This document shows, piece after piece, positions 16,947 through 26,954 of a stretch of DNA of 35,089 bases. Origin of the DNA: an uncultured bacterium (GTDB lineage Bacteria; Deinococcota; Deinococci; Deinococcales; Trueperaceae). The notes below the pieces were generated by a model that searched no databases, was not told the origin of the DNA, and saw nothing but the letters and a program-made list of their open reading frames with translations. Where the stretch lies: contig CAZPLV010000002.1 in NCBI GenBank assembly GCA_964587295.1, positions 1,458 through 36,546 of the forward strand. Reading direction: 5' to 3'. The position numbers were made by a program, and so were the translations under genes. Numbering within the stretch: position 1 is the stretch's first letter; the number at the start of each line of letters is the position of its first letter.

Positions 16947-17534
16947 ATGGACAGCAGACATGATGACAACATTGAGGACCTGCAGCCGGAAGCTGAAGAA
17001 ACCACCACTGCAGAGGAGCTGACCGGCAGCGAGACCGAGGCGGACGTTCTGCGTTTCGAGCTTGAGCGTGCCCAGGAAAAAATCGGAGTGCTGCGCGACA
17101 GCGTGGCTGATTTCAAGGACAAGTTCATGCGCAGCCGCGCTGAACTCGACAACTACCGCCGGCGCAGCCTGGCTGATCTGGACCGGGCGCGGGCCAGCGG
17201 CATGGACTCAGCCGTTGCTCCGGTACTGAGGGTGTTCGACGACCTGGGTCGTGCGATAGCCGCTGCTGAAGGAGCAGCTGAAAGCAGTCGCGAGGCGATT
17301 GTGGACGGCCTGCGGCTCGTGGTGGAGAACCTTGAGAAAGAACTGGACCAGCTTGGCGTGGAGCGTTACGGCAGCGATGGTGACGACTTCGATCCGGAAA
17401 TCCACGAGGCTGTGACGGCAATTCCGGCGCAGGACGAGAGTCAGGCCGGCAAGGTCGCGCACATCGTGCAGGCCGGGTTCAGGCAGGGCGAACGCACGAT
17501 TCGTGTCGCCAAGGTAGTCGTTTACAGCGAGTGA
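16947..17534 (+). CDS. grpE: Nucleotide exchange factor GrpE
   Basis: 195 aa with an acidic N-terminus, coiled-coil region, ELDNYRRR motif and a C-terminal beta-domain. Confidence 0.93.
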   Translation: MDSRHDDNIEDLQPEAEETTTAEELTGSETEADVLRFELERAQEKIGVLRDSVADFKDKFMRSRAELDNYRRRSLADLDRARASGMDSAVAPVLRVFDDLGRAIAAAEGAAESSREAIVDGLRLVVENLEKELDQLGVERYGSDGDDFDPEIHEAVTAIPAQDESQAGKVAHIVQAGFRQGERTIRVAKVVVYSE

Positions 17535-17557
17535 GACAGGGGAGGAGGTGAAGGAAG

Positions 17558-18496
17558 TTGGCAGAGTACAAGGACTATTACCAGATTCTTGAAGTGCCCA
17601 GAACCGCCACGCAGAAGGAGATACGCTCTGCGTTCCGCAAGCTGGCGGCAGCCAACCACCCTGACCGGAACCCTGATGATCCCACTGCCGAGGAACGCTT
17701 CAAGGAAATCAACGAGGCCTACACCGTCCTCAACGACGAGGAGAAGCGCCGTTTCTACGACCAGTTCGGTTCAGAAGGCGGCCGGGTGCCGTTCACCGGC
17801 GCCGGGGGCCAGGGGCAGGCCGGTTTCCAGGGCATGCACGCCGGGGATATGGGGGATTTCAGTGATTTCTTCCAGAGCCTGTTCGGCAACGCCTTTGCTG
17901 GCGGCGGTTTCAGCCAGGGCTTCCAGACCGGCGGCCACGAGCAGTTCTTCGGGTCAGGCCGCGGCAGCCGGTCGGTTGCCCGCAGCATGGAAGCCGAACT
18001 TGAGCTTGACCTGCTGAGGGCTTTCCATGGGGGCGAAACCACGGTGCAGATTGACGGAAAGCGCGTCACTGTAACCATTCCGGCCGGCAGCCGCGCCGGC
18101 AGCAGACTCAGGCTGCGCGGACAGGCACCGGGTGGCGGCGATCTGATTCTCCGTCTGAAACTCGCTTCCCACCCGTACTTCCGCCTCGATGGCGACAGCA
18201 TCCGGGTCAGTGTTGACGTACCCGATTACCTGGCTGTGCTCGGCGGCAGCCTGACCGTTCCCACGCTGAGCGGCGACGTGATCATGTCACTGCCGGCAGG
18301 AACCCGAAGCGGAAGGACGCTCAGATTGCGTGGCCAGGGCTGGCCCCGCAAGGACGGCAGCCGGGGTGATGCATTCGCGGAAGTCAACGTGACAGTACCC
18401 GCAACGCCGAGTGAGGAGCAGCTGGCTGCCTACCGGGAACTGCAGGAGCTGGCTGGTGAAGGTTCTCATTCAGACGGTGTTAAGGTCACCGGGTGA
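17558..18496 (+). CDS. dnaJ: J-domain co-chaperone DnaJ lacking the zinc-finger domain (CbpA-type architecture)
   Basis: 312 aa. J domain with HPD (AANHPDRNP), a G/F-rich linker and two C-terminal beta domains; the whole protein has no cysteine. TTG start is preceded by GGGGAGGAGGTGAAGGAAG. Confidence 0.88.
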   Translation: MAEYKDYYQILEVPRTATQKEIRSAFRKLAAANHPDRNPDDPTAEERFKEINEAYTVLNDEEKRRFYDQFGSEGGRVPFTGAGGQGQAGFQGMHAGDMGDFSDFFQSLFGNAFAGGGFSQGFQTGGHEQFFGSGRGSRSVARSMEAELELDLLRAFHGGETTVQIDGKRVTVTIPAGSRAGSRLRLRGQAPGGGDLILRLKLASHPYFRLDGDSIRVSVDVPDYLAVLGGSLTVPTLSGDVIMSLPAGTRSGRTLRLRGQGWPRKDGSRGDAFAEVNVTVPATPSEEQLAAYRELQELAGEGSHSDGVKVTG

Positions 18497-19503
18497 CTTT
18501 GTTTTCAATGAACTCCCGTATCCGCCGGCTGGCAGTCGCACTGCTGGCCGCTTTCACAGTTGCCGCCTCATTCGCGTTTGCACAGGATGATGCAGTCATT
18601 CTGCGCGTTGATGAACGTACTGAAACCGTGGCCGGCTTCAACGACCGTTTTGAGATTGCCATCCGTGGCCTGGTGGCCAGCATGGGCATGCCAATGACCG
18701 AAGACATGCGAGCCCAGCTCGAGGACCTCAAGCCCGAATACCTCGAGCAGCTGGCTTCGGACCTCGTCCTGCTCAATGAGGCCGAGCGCCGTGGGATCAC
18801 CGTAGACGATGAGGAAGTTGACCAGCTGGTTGCAGCCTCCATCGCGGGCATCCCCGAAGGGGAACTCGAGGGCATTCTGGCTGATGCCGGTTTCCGTGAT
18901 CTCGCCCATTTCACTGACATGGTCCGTGAGACGGAGCAGATCCAGCGCCTCATCAACTCACTCTTTGACGAAATGGAAATCAGCGACGAAGATCTGCAGG
19001 CCTGGTGGGACGACAACTCCTCCGAATTCGCCAGTGGCGAGCAGGTGTGTGCAGCCCACATTCTCGTGGATGAGCTGGACACCGCCAATGAACTTCTGCT
19101 GGAACTCGAGGGTGGAGCCGACTTCGCCGAACTGGCAGTCGAGCACAGCACCGATCCTGGCTCCGGCGCACGCGGCGGCGATCTTGGCTGCTTCGGCCGC
19201 GGCATGATGGTTGCTCCTTTCGAGGAAGCGGCTTTCAGTGCCGATATCGGTGAGGTAGTCGGTCCGGTTGAATCGCAGTTCGGCCAGCACCTGATTCTGG
19301 TGAACGAACGCGCTGACGCAGCCGAGCCGCAGCTTGAGGACTTCCGTGAGCAGGCAGAAATTGCAGTGGCCAACAGCCGCATCGCTGACATCATCAGTGC
19401 ACTCACGGATGTCGCCGACATCGAATCACATCCGGAACTGCTCGGCCAGGCCGACGCTCCCGTGGAAGAAGAGGCTGCTCCGGCAGAGGAAGAAGCCGAG
19501 TAA
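18493..19503 (+). CDS. Exported parvulin-type peptidyl-prolyl isomerase (SurA/PrsA-like)
   Basis: 336 aa with signal peptide ...[17 protein letters not shown]. Parvulin core AAHILV...[21 protein letters not shown]...QFGQHLILV and an acidic tail. The GTG start overlaps the dnaJ stop (GTGA); an alternative ATG lies at 18508. Confidence 0.85.
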   Translation: MTLFSMNSRIRRLAVALLAAFTVAASFAFAQDDAVILRVDERTETVAGFNDRFEIAIRGLVASMGMPMTEDMRAQLEDLKPEYLEQLASDLVLLNEAERRGITVDDEEVDQLVAASIAGIPEGELEGILADAGFRDLAHFTDMVRETEQIQRLINSLFDEMEISDEDLQAWWDDNSSEFASGEQVCAAHILVDELDTANELLLELEGGADFAELAVEHSTDPGSGARGGDLGCFGRGMMVAPFEEAAFSADIGEVVGPVESQFGQHLILVNERADAAEPQLEDFREQAEIAVANSRIADIISALTDVADIESHPELLGQADAPVEEEAAPAEEEAE

Positions 19504-19547
19504 GCCAGACTGATGCAGTGCAGCCGCGTGTCGGCTAGCCTGCAGTC

Positions 19548-21296
19548 ATGGCCAACAGACTGGCAGGGGCAAGCAGCCCATACCTGCAGCAACACGCAAC
19601 CAATCCGGTTGACTGGTACCCATGGGGCGGGGAAGCGTTCGCGAAAGCGAAAGAGCTCTCCCGCCCCATTCTGCTGTCAATCGGTTACAGCGCCTGCCAC
19701 TGGTGCCATGTCATGGCCCGGGAGAGCTTCAGCAACCCGGAAACGGCGGCACTGATGAATGCGGGTTTCATCAACGTCAAAGTGGACCGCGAAGAGCGGC
19801 CGGATGTGGACGCCATCCATATGGCGGCGCTGCAGACGCTGACCGGTTCGGGCGGCTGGCCCCTGACCGTCGTGCTTACACCGGAGGGAGAGCCGTTCTT
19901 CGCTGGCACCTACTGGCCCGATCAACCCCGGCACGGACTGCCTGATTTCAGGACCGTCCTGCAGGCGGTGCTGCGCGCCTGGACTGACAACCCGGCGGAA
20001 GTCACGGAAACTGCGGCCGATCTTACCCGCCACCTGAGGCAGCAGGTTTCGCTGAGTGAGCGCAGAAGCGCGCTCAGCCCTGCCGTGACCGAAGCCGCGG
20101 TGGAACAGCTGCTGAGCACGTACGACGAACGCCACGGCGGATTCGGCGCCGCCCCGAAGTTCCCGGCCCACTCAACCATGCGCTTCCTGCTGGAGCGCAG
20201 CGAGCCGGCCGCCCGGGACATGGCGCTGGGCACGCTTCGGAACATGGCCCGGGGAGGCATTTTCGACCAGCTCGGCGGTGGGCTTGCCCGCTATACCGTG
20301 GACGAGGCCTGGCTGGTGCCTCATTTCGAGAAGATGCTGTTCGACAGCGCCCAGTTTCTCGGTCTGTGCGCGCTCGCCTTCCGGGCCAGCGGTGAACCCG
20401 GTTTCAGACGGGCCGCCCTGCTCAGTGCAGACTGGCTGCGGTCCGACCTCATGACCGAAGCCGGTACTTTCATGGCAGCCCTCTCGGCAGAGAGCGGCGG
20501 AGTTGAGGGCGGGTATTACCTGTGGACTGCCACGGAGCTGGAGCAGCTGCTTGCGGCCGCCGGCCTGGCCGATCTGGCCGGAACTGCCTGGGGTGCAAGT
20601 GAAGCCGGCAACCACGAGGGCCGCAACATACTGACACTGAGCAGGACTGCCTGGGAGCAGGCGGAAGACCCGCGGCTCGAGGAAGCACGCAGGTTGCTGC
20701 TCACAGAACGGGAAAAGCGGCTGCCACCTGACCTGGACCACAAGGTCATCACCTCCTGGAACGGTCTGGCCATCGAGAATCTTGCTCTGGCGGGCCGCCT
20801 GCTTGAGGAGCCGCAGCTGATCCGGGAGGCCGGGCGGAGTGCGGACCACCTCATGGCTCAGCTTACCGACGGCTCGCTGAGGCACAGCAGCACGGGAGGC
20901 CCGCTGCTGCTTGAGGACCTCGCCTTCCTGGGCAACGGTCTGCTCGTGCTGTACCGGGCGACGCTGGACGAGGGCTGGCTTGACGGTGCGGTCACGGCTG
21001 CTGAACGTGTACTTGCTGACTTCAGCGAGGATGGCATCCTGTACAGCACCGCCGCCTCAGGTGAGAAACTGCTGCTGCGTCCGCGCGGTCTGAGTGACGC
21101 CGGCGTGCCTGCTGACACGGCCGAGGCGGCCCGCCTGCTGCTCGGGACCGGTGATTTGCGTGACAACCGCCAGCACGGGACTGTGGCCAGGGCGACCCTT
21201 GAAGCGGCCGCCACGCATGTTGCCGGCCAGCCGGTTCTGATGGGGAGCAGCCTCGCGGCTATTGATGCATTCCTCACAGCGGACGGCCTCCGGTAG
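19548..21296 (+). CDS. DUF255 thioredoxin-like domain protein (YyaL family)
   Basis: 582 aa. The N-terminal hallmark [43 protein letters not shown] is followed by an alpha-helical repeat region. Confidence 0.85.
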   Translation: MANRLAGASSPYLQQHATNPVDWYPWGGEAFAKAKELSRPILLSIGYSACHWCHVMARESFSNPETAALMNAGFINVKVDREERPDVDAIHMAALQTLTGSGGWPLTVVLTPEGEPFFAGTYWPDQPRHGLPDFRTVLQAVLRAWTDNPAEVTETAADLTRHLRQQVSLSERRSALSPAVTEAAVEQLLSTYDERHGGFGAAPKFPAHSTMRFLLERSEPAARDMALGTLRNMARGGIFDQLGGGLARYTVDEAWLVPHFEKMLFDSAQFLGLCALAFRASGEPGFRRAALLSADWLRSDLMTEAGTFMAALSAESGGVEGGYYLWTATELEQLLAAAGLADLAGTAWGASEAGNHEGRNILTLSRTAWEQAEDPRLEEARRLLLTEREKRLPPDLDHKVITSWNGLAIENLALAGRLLEEPQLIREAGRSADHLMAQLTDGSLRHSSTGGPLLLEDLAFLGNGLLVLYRATLDEGWLDGAVTAAERVLADFSEDGILYSTAASGEKLLLRPRGLSDAGVPADTAEAARLLLGTGDLRDNRQHGTVARATLEAAATHVAGQPVLMGSSLAAIDAFLTADGLR

Positions 21297-21305
21297 ACTG
21301 AATCC

Positions 21306-23729
21306 GTGTCCCTGGAGTACCTGATCGGACCGGCCGGCAGCGGCAAGACTGACGCACTGCTGGAGACTGCCCGCGAGCTTTGCCGCAGCGGCAGAAGAGT
21401 GCTGTGGATCGGTCTGCCGCAACAGCGCAATCACATACTCAGCCGCCTCTCGCGGGATGGTGGCGTGGTCGGCTTCGAATACATCAGTGAGCAGCAGCTC
21501 TGCTACAGGCTGCTTTCCAGGGCAAGGCAGCTCAAGCCGCTCAAGGTCGGAACTGAACGGCTGGCACTCATCGGAGCGGTGCTCCGGGAGTTGCTTGAGG
21601 ACGTTCCCATGCCCGGTGAGGCACGTCTATTTGCCGCGGCCATCGCTGAGCTGAAACGCAACGGAGTCGATCCGGCTGCGGCCAGGATTCTGGCATTCGA
21701 CAGGGAATCAGTTCGGCTGGCCGAAGTGTATGCGCGCTATGAAGAGCACAAGGGCGATGCCTGGGATTACGACGACTACCGCAGTCAGGCCCTGCAGCTG
21801 GCGCGGCGCGGCGAGGCCGACAGCGGGGTGGAGCTGATCATTGTCAGCGGCTACCGCGAGCTGCTGCCGATGACCGTACAGCTGTACACGCAGCTGTCGA
21901 AGGCTGTTGACGTACGCGTGGCACTGCCTGACCTTCCTGACCTGCCGTCTGATGCAGACTTCAGTGAGACCGACTGGCAGCCCGACAGCTCAGCTGTCCG
22001 TTCGGCTTTCAGGGCGCCCAACGAGGTGGAGGAAGCCCGCTGGGTGCTGCGCAGCATCAAGCAGGAACTGGCCACCGGCACGGATATGTCTGAGCTGGCG
22101 CTGGTGGTTCCTCGCGCCTCACTGTGGGCGTATGTGGCCCTGGCGGAGGACTACGGCGTACCGCTCATGCCTGAGCTGCAGCGCAGCCTCGCTGACTCGC
22201 GTGCCGGGCACATGCTGCTCGAGCTGATCAACCTGGCCGATGAGTTCATCACGCCATCGGCACTGCTGGTGCTGCCCGGCCTTGAGCAGCTGGCTGCGGT
22301 CGCTCTCGACCGGCGCATCAGTGGCAGGGCGGCCCTGCTGCGACTGGCCCTGCAGCTTGACGCCAGGGAAGCGGAGGCTGCCGAAGAGGCCGGTGAGGCG
22401 GCACCGGACAGTCACCACGAGCGGCTTCAGCACTGGCTCAGGCGCATGGATCAGGAGCAGCCGGGACCTGACTGGGCGGTGAATCTGGTTCAGCTGGTTG
22501 TGCAGGAACTGATGGAAGAAGACTTCGCCGCGCAGGACGCTCAGGCCTTCGCAGGCCAGGCACTGCAGCGTGCCCGCGAAGCCGCACAGCTCGGTGAGGG
22601 TGATTCATTCAGGGCCTGGTGGGCTGCCCTGCTTGAAGACACGCGTCTGCCCGTGCGGGAACCCGCGGGAGTGGCTCTGCTCAGCCCGGAGCTCAGCAGC
22701 GGCCGGCACTACCGGCGCGCCTGGCTGGCCGGCGTCACCGAGGGGCAGTACCTCCCGGGCCCCGCTGAGGATTATTTCCTGCCGGAGGAATTGCGCTCGC
22801 CAGGGGCAGACGTGGGTGAACTGCCGCGGCGCTTCACAGCGCAGACCCGGCTCGTGCTGGACGAGCTGCTTCAGCTGGCTGACGAGTTGACGGTCACCTA
22901 TGCACAATCATCACAGGGTGGGCAGAACACTCCGCAGCAGGAACTGGTTGGTGCCGCTGCCGGGGTCCTGCCTGAGCTTCCCGCCGGAAACAGCTTCGAA
23001 CTGCAGGCCGGCTTCAGCCCCAGCCTCAGTCACGACCTGGATGCAAGTCTGGTGACGCTGCCGCGGCCTGAAGTCCGATGGCTGATGCGCTATGGCGAGT
23101 GTCCGCACCGTGAATGGACAGTGAACCTGCTGCGCCGCACAGGCGACGCGGAGCCGGCAGAAGTCAACTCGTGGCAAAGGCTGCGGCGTGACCTGGTCAG
23201 AAGCGATTCACTAACTGCAGCGGACCTGGACCGGCTCGCACTTGAGCATCCCCCGGCGGCCGCCTGGCTGGGCGCTCACGCCAGCCTGTTGCTGCAGTTG
23301 CGCTTCGGCCTGTACCTGCCGCAGCCAAAAGGCGCCGCCCTTCGGGCACGGGTCGACGCCGCAGGCCGGATAGACGGCCTGTTCAGCATCTTCCGGCTGG
23401 TCGGACCGGAAGATGCCGCGGACAGCAGCGCCGCGACGGAACTGATCAGTTCCGGGCAGGCCGAGCGCTGGCTGGCGAACTACATGCTTGAGGTTGCCCG
23501 GAAGCCCGAGCGGCTGGTGCGCATATTCGTCTGGCCGATCGGCTCGGCGCCGCTTGAGGCGGGCCAGCCCGGAGGGCAGGACGTCAACCAGCGCTGGCTG
23601 CGCATCGGGCTGGGCATGCTGGACGACCATCTGGAAACTTACCAGGAGGGAGTCGTCGCGCCACGCCCTGGTTTCCGGCAGTGCCGCAGCTGCACGGTAC
23701 GGGACTTCTGCCGCAGGGGGGCAGTGTGA
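21306..23729 (+). CDS. addB: AddB-like helicase-nuclease subunit (N-terminal Walker A, C-terminal Fe-S/PD-(D/E)XK-like domain)
   Basis: 807 aa with GPAGSGKT at residues 8-15. C-terminal Cys pattern is YGECPHREW ... CRSCTVRDFC (C-x2-C-x5-C), with a GRIDGL block. The GTG start is 9 nt after the upstream stop, and the gene is followed by an overlapping UvrD-nuclease gene. Confidence 0.7.
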   Translation: MSLEYLIGPAGSGKTDALLETARELCRSGRRVLWIGLPQQRNHILSRLSRDGGVVGFEYISEQQLCYRLLSRARQLKPLKVGTERLALIGAVLRELLEDVPMPGEARLFAAAIAELKRNGVDPAAARILAFDRESVRLAEVYARYEEHKGDAWDYDDYRSQALQLARRGEADSGVELIIVSGYRELLPMTVQLYTQLSKAVDVRVALPDLPDLPSDADFSETDWQPDSSAVRSAFRAPNEVEEARWVLRSIKQELATGTDMSELALVVPRASLWAYVALAEDYGVPLMPELQRSLADSRAGHMLLELINLADEFITPSALLVLPGLEQLAAVALDRRISGRAALLRLALQLDAREAEAAEEAGEAAPDSHHERLQHWLRRMDQEQPGPDWAVNLVQLVVQELMEEDFAAQDAQAFAGQALQRAREAAQLGEGDSFRAWWAALLEDTRLPVREPAGVALLSPELSSGRHYRRAWLAGVTEGQYLPGPAEDYFLPEELRSPGADVGELPRRFTAQTRLVLDELLQLADELTVTYAQSSQGGQNTPQQELVGAAAGVLPELPAGNSFELQAGFSPSLSHDLDASLVTLPRPEVRWLMRYGECPHREWTVNLLRRTGDAEPAEVNSWQRLRRDLVRSDSLTAADLDRLALEHPPAAAWLGAHASLLLQLRFGLYLPQPKGAALRARVDAAGRIDGLFSIFRLVGPEDAADSSAATELISSGQAERWLANYMLEVARKPERLVRIFVWPIGSAPLEAGQPGGQDVNQRWLRIGLGMLDDHLETYQEGVVAPRPGFRQCRSCTVRDFCRRGAV

Positions 23730-26464
23730 CAGCGGCGCAGTTCAGGGTCCGTGTTGCCTCAGCCGGGACCGGCAAGACCACCATTCTGGTGGTTCGCTAC
23801 CTGGAGCTGATAAAAAGCGGGATTCCCCTGCGGCGGATCGCCGGGGCCACCTTCACCCGGGCCAGTGCGGATGAGCTGCGGCAACGCGTCAGTGCCGGTA
23901 TCTCCGAGTTGCTGACCAGCGGAGATTACCTGGGAATCATCAGCATGGAGGAACAGCACAGGCCTGCTTTCGAAGAGGCCCACCGTGAGCTGTCCGGAGC
24001 GCTGCTATCCACCATCAACGGGCTGATGATTCGCTTCCTGCGGCTGGTCGCACCTTCACTTGGTCTGGATCCGGGGTTCCGGCTGCTGGACGAGGACACG
24101 GCCCGGGAGCTGTTCGAGGAAGAACTCCAGAGCGAACTGCTGCTGAGTGGAGCGGAATTTTCGGCAGCGAGCCTGGACGCGGCCCTCCGGCTTTTTGAAC
24201 GGCGCTCGCTGGCGTCCACTTTCCAGGCGACGGACAGTAGTTCGCAGCAGCTGCTGGACCTGTACGGACGCAGTCTGGAGAACTACCGGCGCCGACTGGC
24301 CGCACGGCAGCTGGGACCTGCCGATGTGGAGCATTACGCGGTGCTGCTGGCGGAACGGCCCACTTTGCTGCGGCGGGTGGCGCAGCGCTACGGATACGTG
24401 CTGCTTGATGAGTTTCAGGACGTGAACCCGCTGCAGGGCCAGTTTTTCAGGGCTCTGCGTGAGGGCGGCGTCACCATCGAGGCAGTGGGGGATCCGAAGC
24501 AGTCGATTTATGGTTTCCGTGACGCGGACGTGGGAGTGTTCCGGCAGGCCCTCCGGGAAGGCGTCAGGCTTGAAGACCTGCGCGACACCTGGCGCCACTC
24601 GCCGGCCATAGCGGATTTCCTGAACCACGCCACCAGCCGGATGGCTGAGGCCGGGCTCGGCTTTGAGGTGCCGGAGGCCCCTGTTGTCAGCAGCGCCGCA
24701 GCGCTGGCTTCCGGCAAGGGTAAGGTCGAACTTCACTGGGTGACTGACCGGCAGCCGGTCGGAACGCTCAGGAACCAGGAGGCCAGGCTGCTGGCGAGAC
24801 TGCTTGGTCATGCCCATGAACAGGGAACGCCCTGGGAGGACATGGCTGTGGTCGCGCGCACGCACGGTTCACTGGACCTTGCCCAGCGGGCGCTGCTTCA
24901 GGCGGGTATACCTGCGGTCATGGGCAGCGGCCGGGGCTTCTTCCAGCGTGAAGAGATACGCGACGTCGCCAATGCGCTCAGAAGCGGCATCACCCCCCGT
25001 GGTCACGCCTTTGCCGCCTGGTTGCGCTCTCCGTTCGCCCAGCTTTCCCTCGCGGAAGCTGAGGAGGTGCTCGCTTCCGCCGACCGTCCTGAAGCACTGG
25101 CGGAAATCGACGCTGACCTGGCCCGTTCATTCGGCCGGCTGCAGGAACTGGCCCGTGAGCGGCCGCTTGAGGCATTGAAGGGCGTTCTGCGTGAACGGCT
25201 GGCCCGGGGGCACCGTTTCACTGACTGGCTGGGCACGCGCCAGCGGGCCAACCTCGATGCGCTGCTGCTCAGGGTGGCGGCCCGGCCGCCTGCTGACCTT
25301 GAACTGCTGCTGAGCCAGATCGAACGGCATGCCCGCTCGCGCATCGCGGAAGTGCCAGAGGCGGGTGGCGGTGTGAGTCTGGTTACTGTGCACAGCGCCA
25401 AAGGTCTGGAATGGCCGCTTACCGCGGTGTTTGACCTGGGCCGGGACAGGCCGCCGCGGCGCGATGGCGTGCTGGTTGGGCGAACGGACGGGCGGGTGGC
25501 CCTGAGGGGCAGCCCTGAATTCGAGCTGCTTGCAGCTGAGGCTGACGCCCTGGAGCAGCAGGAGCTGTACAGGCAGTTTTACGTGGCTGTGAGCCGCCCG
25601 CGGCATCATCTGATCATGACCGGCAGCCGCAGGAGCACCGCTGTTGTCTGGGCGGAACTGCTGGACCGGCTGGGCCTTGGGCCCGGGGCGGAACAGCCGT
25701 ATCCGGCCGGGGTCGACGTGCACGTGCACGGCTATGAGGTTGGGCTTGGGCTCAGCCTGCCGGAGCTGCGCCGCGAGGCTCCGGTGCTGGCGCCAGCACC
25801 GTGGACGGAGAAGACCTTCAGCCGGGGTCAGTACCGGCCGGTGATGAGCCCGTCAAGTCTGCGGCAGGAGCCGGAGGCGGACACCATGGAGTCAGGTGAG
25901 CCGCTGCGGGACCAGGGTGAGCTGCAGGAACCCGGGACCGTCATCACCCGACCCGCGGCCATCGGCACACTGCTGCATGCGGCAATCGCCTGGGACTGGC
26001 AGGCTTCAGACAGCAGCCTTCGTGAGAACCTGCTCGCCCAGGAGGTCATGTTCCCGTTCAGTGAAGCGGACCGCAGTGCAATAGTACAGGAGGTGCTTGC
26101 CCTGCTCGCCGCCTATGAGGGGATGCTGGGCGCGGAGTTGCCGGCCCTGGCTGAGCGGGAGCGTGACGAGCCCGAGCTGCCCGTTGTGATTCGCCATGCC
26201 GGTACGGTCTGGCAGGGCACAATCGACCGGCTGTACCGGGCTTCGGGTGACTGGTGGCTCGATGATTACAAGACGGACTCCAGACCACACGCCGCGGCTT
26301 ACGCCGGCCAGCTGGCCATTTATGCCCTGGCCGCACGCCGGCTGCTGGGCGTGAGTCCGCGGGTCCGGCTCGTATGGCTCAGAAAGAGGCAGCTGACCGA
26401 ACTTGAGCCGGAGCAGATTGAACGCGCCCTGCGTGAACTGGAGCTTGCTGCCGCTCCGTCATGA
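23726..26464 (+). CDS. addA: AddA-like UvrD/Rep-family helicase with C-terminal RecB-type nuclease
   Basis: 912 aa from GTG 23726, overlapping the upstream stop as GTGA. Helicase motifs SAGTGKT, LLDEFQDVNP, VGDPKQSIYGFRDAD, VTVHSAKGLEWP, YVAVSRPRHHL. Nuclease motif GTIDRLYRASGDWWLDDYKTDS. Confidence 0.85.
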   Translation: MTAAQFRVRVASAGTGKTTILVVRYLELIKSGIPLRRIAGATFTRASADELRQRVSAGISELLTSGDYLGIISMEEQHRPAFEEAHRELSGALLSTINGLMIRFLRLVAPSLGLDPGFRLLDEDTARELFEEELQSELLLSGAEFSAASLDAALRLFERRSLASTFQATDSSSQQLLDLYGRSLENYRRRLAARQLGPADVEHYAVLLAERPTLLRRVAQRYGYVLLDEFQDVNPLQGQFFRALREGGVTIEAVGDPKQSIYGFRDADVGVFRQALREGVRLEDLRDTWRHSPAIADFLNHATSRMAEAGLGFEVPEAPVVSSAAALASGKGKVELHWVTDRQPVGTLRNQEARLLARLLGHAHEQGTPWEDMAVVARTHGSLDLAQRALLQAGIPAVMGSGRGFFQREEIRDVANALRSGITPRGHAFAAWLRSPFAQLSLAEAEEVLASADRPEALAEIDADLARSFGRLQELARERPLEALKGVLRERLARGHRFTDWLGTRQRANLDALLLRVAARPPADLELLLSQIERHARSRIAEVPEAGGGVSLVTVHSAKGLEWPLTAVFDLGRDRPPRRDGVLVGRTDGRVALRGSPEFELLAAEADALEQQELYRQFYVAVSRPRHHLIMTGSRRSTAVVWAELLDRLGLGPGAEQPYPAGVDVHVHGYEVGLGLSLPELRREAPVLAPAPWTEKTFSRGQYRPVMSPSSLRQEPEADTMESGEPLRDQGELQEPGTVITRPAAIGTLLHAAIAWDWQASDSSLRENLLAQEVMFPFSEADRSAIVQEVLALLAAYEGMLGAELPALAERERDEPELPVVIRHAGTVWQGTIDRLYRASGDWWLDDYKTDSRPHAAAYAGQLAIYALAARRLLGVSPRVRLVWLRKRQLTELEPEQIERALRELELAAAPS

Positions 26465-26622
26465 TGCCGCACTGTGACGTGCAGCACCATACATTGCGGC
26501 CTGAGCTGGTGTAGACTTACCTTCGGTTCAGACAAACGCATACGGCGGAGTCAGACCACCGGCGAAAGCCGGAAGCTAGTAGTGCCTGCCGGCAGAAGCC
26601 ACGCAGGTGGATAGGAAGAAGA

Positions 26623-26901
26623 ATGGCAACAGGTAAAGTCAAGTGGTTCAGCGGCGAAAAAGGCTATGGTTTCATTGCTCAGGATGACGGCGGTGCAGAT
26701 CTGTTCGTGCACTTCTCAGCCATCTCCGGCGACGGTTTCCGTAACCTGAACGAAGGCGACGAAGTTGAGTTCGATGTCGGGGAAGGCCAGAAGGGCCCCC
26801 AGGCACGTAACGTTATCGTCACCAATGCCGCTCCCCAGCGTGACAACGACCGTGGATACCGTGACGATGGTTACGGTGCGCCGCGTCGCGATCGTTACTG
26901 A
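26623..26901 (+). CDS. Cold-shock domain protein with a 24-aa Arg/Asp/Tyr-rich C-terminal tail
   Basis: 92 aa. [14 protein letters not shown] (RNP1) and DLFVHFS (RNP2) are present. The tail after about residue 68 reads [25 protein letters not shown]. Confidence 0.95.
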   Translation: MATGKVKWFSGEKGYGFIAQDDGGADLFVHFSAISGDGFRNLNEGDEVEFDVGEGQKGPQARNVIVTNAAPQRDNDRGYRDDGYGAPRRDRY

Positions 26902-26954
26902 GCAAATTCAGCCGTCAGTCCTGAGAGGCTGACCCATAAATCCGAAATCAAAAC

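Noticed and set aside
18486-19595. 369-aa minus-strand ORF antisense to the parvulin gene. Similar long antisense or shadow ORFs occur at 10131-10895(-), 13566-14327(-), 15471-16352(-), 20172-20885(-), 7186-7770(+), 28473-29261(+), 29271-30065(+), 30347-31102(+), 32912-33724(+) and 33726-34415(+).
   Set aside because: All lie fully inside strongly recognisable genes on the opposite strand. Their translations are low-complexity Ser/Arg/Pro/Ala-rich with no family motifs and no RBS. This is the expected stop-codon-poor artefact of GC-rich DNA.
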